From Rickettsiales bacterium (GTDB lineage: Bacteria; Pseudomonadota; Alphaproteobacteria; Rickettsiales; UBA1997): 64,000 bases of DNA. The notes below the pieces were generated by a model. It ran no database searches and was not told the origin of the DNA. It saw only the letters and a list, made by a program, of their open reading frames with translations. The position numbers were made by a program, and so were the translations under genes. Positions 59,018-64,000 of this stretch are shown here, in pieces; within the stretch, counting starts at the first letter, position 1, and every line of letters begins with the position of its first letter. The stretch is from NCBI GenBank assembly GCA_047627215.1, contig JBLHTM010000002.1, positions 158-64,157 on the forward strand, written 5' to 3'.

Positions 59018-59094
59018 TGGTGCACTTGAGGGGATTCGAACCTCCAACCTTCGCCTTCGGAGGGCGATGCTCTATCCAGTTGAGCTACAAATGC
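59018..59094 (-). tRNA. tRNA-Arg (CCG)
   Basis: The reverse complement GCATTTGTAGCTCAACTGGATAGAGC..TCGCC-CTCCGAA-GGCGA..GGTTCGAATCC..CAAGTGCACCA. Confidence 0.9.
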
Positions 59095-59266
59095 AAAAAA
59101 TCCTTCAAGGATTCAAAACTCTAAATTTTATCTTATTAAGGTTTAGATGCTCTGCCGGTTCGAGCGGCATAGCCTTCGACCGTTTTTACTTTAAAACGCT
59201 TTCGCGTTTTATGAGCTAAAACTCAACACTCAAAACCCAGTTGAGCTAGAAATACGAAAGTAATTA

Positions 59267-59827
59267 TTAATCGTTATCACTAATCTGCTCAACAGATTCA
59301 ACTTCTGGAATGTAGTGTTTGAGCATGCTTTCAATTCCACTTTTCAAAGTGATGGTTGAGCTTGGACATCCAGAACAAGATCCTTTCAATTCTAATTTTA
59401 CTATTCCATCCTCAAACCCACGAAACACAATGTCTCCGCCGTCCATTGCAACAGCGGGACGAACTTTCATCTCGATCAATTCTTTGATTTGAGCCACAAC
59501 TTCACTGTCCTCTTCTTCATTTTCAACTGCCTTTAAAGGCTCCAAAGCTGGTTTCTCTGACAAGCAGAAATCCATTATTGTTGACAAAATTTCAGTTTTG
59601 GCATCTTGCCATTCCTGATTTTCAACTTTAGTGATGGTGACAAAATCTTTTCCTAAAAAAACCGACTCAACAGAATCAAGTAGAAAAAGCCTCTCAGCCA
59701 GTATTGACTTTCCCTTAGCCTGCTCTTTAGTTTTAAATTCAGTTGGATTTGCACCAGCAATTTCAACGTCCTCAGGAATGAATTTTAGAGTGGCTGGATT
59801 TGGTGTGTTCTCGGTTTGGATAAACAT
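59267..59827 (-). CDS. NifU/Nfu-type Fe-S cluster scaffold protein (Nfu_N plus NifU C-terminal domain)
   Basis: MFIQTENTPNPATLKF..., and GSCSGCPSS. Confidence 0.85.
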   Translation of the reverse strand: MFIQTENTPNPATLKFIPEDVEIAGANPTEFKTKEQAKGKSILAERLFLLDSVESVFLGKDFVTITKVENQEWQDAKTEILSTIMDFCLSEKPALEPLKAVENEEEDSEVVAQIKELIEMKVRPAVAMDGGDIVFRGFEDGIVKLELKGSCSGCPSSTITLKSGIESMLKHYIPEVESVEQISDND

Positions 59828-59957
59828 GATTTTTTTCTTTGATTTAATGAAGCCGGACACAATAAAACATATCAAAAATTTATCAATTAATAACCTTGGT
59901 TTTTACTATTATTGTTGGAAATTACTCATCGCACCGAAGAATACAGAATTCTGGTTT

Positions 59958-59987
59958 AACAAACGCGCTACCGGTAGCGCGTTTGTT
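59958..59987. repeat. Perfect 30-bp GC-cored palindrome
   Basis: AACAAACGCGCTA-CCGG-TAGCGCGTTTGTT. It has no flanking T-run and sits next to MITE copy D. Confidence 0.8.
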
Positions 59988-60034
59988 AGAAAATAGAAAT
60001 CGCAAATACAATGGGTGACATATTTTAGTCTTCA

Positions 60035-60390
60035 GATTGTGAAAATAACCTAATTTGATCGGCAGAATCTTATTTTCCATTTTTACATACTCAAATAATC
60101 GTCACCCTCGCTAAAGTGAGGATCTTGCGAGTCTGGATCTAGGATTTTTTAAAAGGAATGGATCGGATCAATAATTGCATACGGATGTTTTTCCTCATGA
60201 GGTACCGGATCAAGATTTTCTAAGGTAGTAAAGCTACCTAAGAAACTCTATGTCCGGCATGACGGTAACTTGTGAACGATGGCAAATTGTGATGACAACT
60301 GATTGTAGTGACTGATGGTGGTGAATTTTTTACAATTTATGATTGGTGCTAAGTTGGAGATTGATTTACCTGTTTTTTTAAAAAAAGGTC
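60035..60390 (-). mobile_element. MITE-like dispersed repeat, copy D (one end degenerate or deleted)
   Basis: It is collinear with copy C from AATAACCTAATTTGATCGGCAGAATCTT through the core palindrome to TTTTTTACAATTTATGA and a degenerate TIR ...AAAAAAAGGTC. Confidence 0.75.
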
Positions 60391-60418
60391 ATATTTTTTA
60401 TGTTTTTAATTGTCGGAT

Positions 60419-61195
60419 TTAAAAATTCTTGGTTCCGAAGTGAATTGCAACCACTCCAAAATTTAAACTCTTAAAACCCACATTCTCAAACCCAGAAATT
60501 TCAATCATTTTTTTGAAATTATCTTGATTGGGGAATTTGCGGATTGATTCCACTAAATATTGGTAAGAATCTTCATCTCCAGCAACCATCTTGCCAAGTT
60601 TTGGGATGACATTGAAAGAGTAAAGATCATAAAGTTTAGCTAGGGGGAAATTATTTACCGTTGAGAATTCCAAACACACAAATTTTCCTCCCGGCTTAAG
60701 AACTCTAAATGCCTCATTCAAACCCTGTTGAACATTGGTAAAATTGCGGATTCCAAAGGCAATGGTGTAAAAATCGAATGAATTGTCAGAGTAAGGAAGA
60801 TTCTCTCCGTCGGCTGCTTGAAAGTTAAAATCGGAAAATAAATTTTTGTCAATCGCCCTAGCCTTTCCAACTTCTAACATTTCCTCATTAATGTCAGAAA
60901 CTTCAATATTTATTTTTGCATTTGTTTTTTGCGCTTTTTTTAGAATTCGAAAAGCAATGTCCCCAGTTCCCCCTGCAACATCGATTGAGCTATATTCCTG
61001 ATTTGGCATGAGTGCAATTTGATCGATCATTTTATCTTTCCAAATTCGATGCAATCCAGCGCTCATAAAATCATTCATCACATCATATTTTGAAGCAACT
61101 GATGAAAAAACATGTCCAACAAGCGAGGCTTTTTTACTCGCCTCAACTTGCTTAAAACCAAAATGAGTTTGACTTTGAGAATCGTTATTTTCCAT
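60419..61195 (-). CDS. ubiE: Ubiquinone/menaquinone biosynthesis C-methyltransferase
   Basis: THFGF..V....K...V..VF..VA..YD.MND, DVAGGTGD, and LKPGG. Confidence 0.9.
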   Translation of the reverse strand: MENNDSQSQTHFGFKQVEASKKASLVGHVFSSVASKYDVMNDFMSAGLHRIWKDKMIDQIALMPNQEYSSIDVAGGTGDIAFRILKKAQKTNAKINIEVSDINEEMLEVGKARAIDKNLFSDFNFQAADGENLPYSDNSFDFYTIAFGIRNFTNVQQGLNEAFRVLKPGGKFVCLEFSTVNNFPLAKLYDLYSFNVIPKLGKMVAGDEDSYQYLVESIRKFPNQDNFKKMIEISGFENVGFKSLNFGVVAIHFGTKNF

Positions 61196-61261
61196 TTTTT
61201 GTTTTTATTGGGATTTAAATTTGTGTTTAATTTTGTTGATATTCTGATAAGAAATTAAGCG

Positions 61262-61708
61262 CTAAAAGAAATATTTATCTTCCAAATTATCAGGAACAAT
61301 AAGAACTGGGAATTTGATTTTACTTCCGATTTGACTGGATAGTTTGGCCAAAACATTTTCAACCTGCTTGCCAGATTTTCCAAAAACCATCATCGCATAA
61401 TTTGGATTTTCTTTAACTTCCTTTAAAACCTCTCTTGAAACTTCTCCTTCTCGAATCGAAATAACAGGAATTATTCCAGTTTCACTAAAAACACTATCAA
61501 TCATTTTTTGTAGCCTGGTTTCCACTTCATCTCGACGGCACTTGCCAATAGCTTTTGAAACAAAGAGCATGCTTTGGGAAGGTTCTATCACCACAAGAAT
61601 TTGTATCGAAAAATCAAATTTTTTTACCAAATTCAAAACATACCGTAGTGAAGTATCGGTATTTCGAGCCACATCGAGGCAAACTAAGATACTTGGTTTT
61701 TGTCGCAT
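61262..61708 (-). CDS. Universal stress protein-like (adenine nucleotide alpha-hydrolase fold)
   Basis: ILVCLD..., MMVFGKSGK, and FPVLIVP. The start is set at MRQKPS, immediately after the upstream stop. Confidence 0.55.
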   Translation of the reverse strand: MRQKPSILVCLDVARNTDTSLRYVLNLVKKFDFSIQILVVIEPSQSMLFVSKAIGKCRRDEVETRLQKMIDSVFSETGIIPVISIREGEVSREVLKEVKENPNYAMMVFGKSGKQVENVLAKLSSQIGSKIKFPVLIVPDNLEDKYFF

Positions 61709-61709
61709 A

Positions 61710-62450
61710 TTATTTATTGAATAGTTTAACAAATACAAAATTAGCAAAAAACCCAGCGCTAACCGCAATTAAAATGGCAACAATTGCGTATAGAACAGAA
61801 TTATTGTGGGCAAATTGGTTAATATCAGAGCTCAATCCAACTTGATTAACGTAGATTGGAATTGACTGAAAGGATGACAATTCACTATCGTCGATCAAAT
61901 ATATATCGACAACATAGGTTCCTTGGGAAATATTTTTAGGAAATCTCAGCATCACCTTAAATAGAGTCTCATCAAGAAACTCAATTGACTCTGGATGACT
62001 TAAATAAAGATTTTTATTCTCCATATTATCAACGAATTCCACCTTAAATTCTGATTCAGGAACATTTTTATTTTCTTCAATGTCAAATTGAATACGATCC
62101 TTTCCAATTTCTAATTTTGACAATATTCTCTCGTCACCGACTTCATTTTCGTTACTGGAGAAAAAAGAATAATAACTGTGAGAATCTTTGAAAAGGGTTC
62201 GATCCTTATTATACCAAACTCCGAGCAATTTATCCTTCTTACTAACCACATAATCTTTCTTTGGCCCGCGAATCACCACGATAATATTACCAGCATTTCC
62301 CTTGGCCCCAAACAATAAAACTTCTGCACCAGTAAATTTGGTGTCAATGTTGATTTGATTGGTGGAAATTCCTGAAATAATCGGTCGGGAATGGGCTTTG
62401 TTTATGCTTGTGAACGACAAACAAAGTAAAATCATTAAAATAATTTTCAT
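61710..62450 (-). CDS. TIGR02186 / Alph_Pro_TM-family protein
   Basis: Signal peptide, IDTKFTGAEVLLFGA...IIVVIRGP...LGVWYN, and a C-terminal TM helix. The family assignment is from memory. Confidence 0.6.
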   Translation of the reverse strand: MKIILMILLCLSFTSINKAHSRPIISGISTNQINIDTKFTGAEVLLFGAKGNAGNIIVVIRGPKKDYVVSKKDKLLGVWYNKDRTLFKDSHSYYSFFSSNENEVGDERILSKLEIGKDRIQFDIEENKNVPESEFKVEFVDNMENKNLYLSHPESIEFLDETLFKVMLRFPKNISQGTYVVDIYLIDDSELSSFQSIPIYVNQVGLSSDINQFAHNNSVLYAIVAILIAVSAGFFANFVFVKLFNK

Positions 62451-63379
62451 TTGATAACCTCAATAACAAAAAGACTGGCGGGCTGTGCAAAAAGCTGCAG
62501 AAGCATTTTACTGCAAATCACCAAAATTATTACCGCCAAAACTGAACGCAAAGCCTCAGTGTCAACCTTGTAGGAAACTTTAGTACCAATTTGGGCGCCA
62601 ATAACTGAGCTGACAATCATCAAAAAAGCTAATACAATATCAACATTGTGATTGGTTACCGCCTGCAAAAATGTGGTATTTCCAGCGATGAATATGGTTT
62701 GAAAAAGCGCAGTTCCAACGATCACTGCAGAAGGCATTCTTAAAATATAAACCATGGCAGGAATCAAAATAAATCCGCCGCCAATTCCCATAATCGCCAC
62801 CAAAATTCCTACCAAAAATCCAATCATTACAGGAACCAAAACACTAACTTCGATATTTGATTTTGGAAAACTTATTTTGTAAGGCAAGTTTCCAAGCTTG
62901 ATCATAATTGACGCCATTAAGTTATCGCGCTTTTTATTTTCCCAAATGATATCGTATTTCCGCTCCAGAATGATTTTGCAACTTTCAATCAACATAATCA
63001 CGCCAATTGACCCCAAAACAACCACATATGAAATTGCGACCGCTACATCAATTTGACCAGTTTTTTGCAAAATTTTAAAAATCCAAACACCTAAAGACGA
63101 GCCAAAAAATCCTCCTATCAGCAACATCGACCCCATCTTAATATCCACATTGCCCCGCCGCAGATGCGCCAAAACTCCAGAAACTGAAGACGCCATGATT
63201 TGATTTGCCGCCGTTGAAACTGCAATTGCCGGGGGGATTCCATTAAAAATCAAAAGTGGAGTTGACAAAAATCCACCACCTATTCCGAACATTCCTGCCA
63301 AAAACCCAGTCAAAAGACCGAGGCCAAGAATGAGGAAAATATTTACCGGAATTTCCGCTATAGGAAGATAAAGTTGCAC
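62447..63379 (-). CDS. TauE/SafE (DUF81) family membrane transporter
   Basis: Polytopic protein with duplicated FGIGGGF / MGIGGGF motifs. Confidence 0.8.
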   Translation of the reverse strand: MQLYLPIAEIPVNIFLILGLGLLTGFLAGMFGIGGGFLSTPLLIFNGIPPAIAVSTAANQIMASSVSGVLAHLRRGNVDIKMGSMLLIGGFFGSSLGVWIFKILQKTGQIDVAVAISYVVVLGSIGVIMLIESCKIILERKYDIIWENKKRDNLMASIMIKLGNLPYKISFPKSNIEVSVLVPVMIGFLVGILVAIMGIGGGFILIPAMVYILRMPSAVIVGTALFQTIFIAGNTTFLQAVTNHNVDIVLAFLMIVSSVIGAQIGTKVSYKVDTEALRSVLAVIILVICSKMLLQLFAQPASLFVIEVIK

Positions 63380-63382
63380 TTT

Positions 63383-64000
63383 TTAACTATTGGTTTGAAT
63401 TATTTTTATGACTAGATTTGATTGTGTCTTTAATTCACCAAACTTAATTTCTTTACCTTCATTATCAAGATTTTTAATCAAGGTAAGAGCTAGTAGCTTA
63501 TCTTTATGTAAAATTGATGATAAAATTAAACCGATCTTTTTTTCACCAGATTCAATAGCAGTTCCTTTTTCGATTTTTTCTCCATCCACTTCAACTAAAA
63601 ATATTCTTTTACGAATAGTTCCTTTGTAGTGCATTCTTGCGGTCGTTTCTTGTCCGACATAACAACCTTTTTTGTAGTCGACGGCAGAAAAATCATCAAA
63701 ACCAAATTCGAGTGGAAATGATTTATCAACAGTTAAATCTGAATCGTCAGGTATTTTTAGATTTATCCGACGAAGATTATATTCATCGCTTTTATTCTCC
63801 TGGAGAAGGTGAAGATCAGTCTTTTTAACAAAAGCACGATAACCCATTTTTTCATCCCTTGGGTCGACAAAAACAATATCCTGATCATCAAAAACTTCTT
63901 TATCCAAAGCAGTCAAAACCAGTAAACCTTCTTCTTTGCCGATTTCAACTTTTGAACGAAATTTGAAAAAAGAAAATTTCTTCACAATTTCATCCACTTT
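63383..64000 (-). CDS. ygfZ: YgfZ-type folate-binding protein, C-terminal part (gene continues beyond the window)
   Basis: KGCYVGQETTARMHYKG signature. The apparent start is a GTG three nt from the window edge, so it is probably an internal codon. Confidence 0.75.
   Translation of the reverse strand, partial: KVDEIVKKFSFFKFRSKVEIGKEEGLLVLTALDKEVFDDQDIVFVDPRDEKMGYRAFVKKTDLHLLQENKSDEYNLRRINLKIPDDSDLTVDKSFPLEFGFDDFSAVDYKKGCYVGQETTARMHYKGTIRKRIFLVEVDGEKIEKGTAIESGEKKIGLILSSILHKDKLLALTLIKNLDNEGKEIKFGELKTQSNLVIKIIQTNS

Overview
This window is a visibly AT-rich bacterial chromosome segment. Its gene content looks alphaproteobacterial and probably host-associated (Rickettsiales/Holosporales-like). 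That placement is inferred from VirB8/VirB9 genes, a TIGR02186-type Alph_Pro_TM gene, a tlyC/corC-type gene, scattered nuo genes and a stand-alone tRNA-Ile(GAU). About 85% of the window is tightly packed housekeeping DNA:
- translation: rpsF-rpsR-rplI
- envelope and cell-cycle functions: ftsH, mraY-murF, era, uppP, dapA, pal
- metabolism: cimA, ubiG/ubiE, class II DAHP synthase plus pheA, tal, tdh-kbl, pdxH, trpD-trpG-folB
- replication: priA
- respiration: nuoD, and separately nuoABC
- oxidative stress: ahpC-ahpD-dps plus a LysR regulator
- five tRNAs

The main non-routine observations are:
1. A MITE-like repeat family with six copies in 64 kb. It has 18-bp terminal inverted repeats and a conserved core hairpin with compensatory changes.
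2. A decayed island next to tRNA-fMet. It holds a roughly 31-codon P4-type integrase stub, which is itself split by a 157-bp palindromic element flanked by a TAA duplication. It is followed by a RhuM-Doc/Fic gene, a pentapeptide-repeat protein with a channel-like tail, an XRE regulator and a sensor-less histidine kinase.
3. A 33-aa tandem-repeat protein fused to an Amidoligase_2 domain, with a translationally coupled small partner. This is a candidate secreted effector.
4. An orphan C-terminal DnaE fragment placed 1 nt after the uppP stop.
5. An orphan virB8-virB9 pair translationally coupled into a folB-trpG-trpD-pdxH string.
6. A fragmented nuo locus.

No CRISPR array, rRNA gene, intact transposase or intact integrase was seen. 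All family assignments come from motif recognition by eye, with no database search, and repeat boundaries are approximate.
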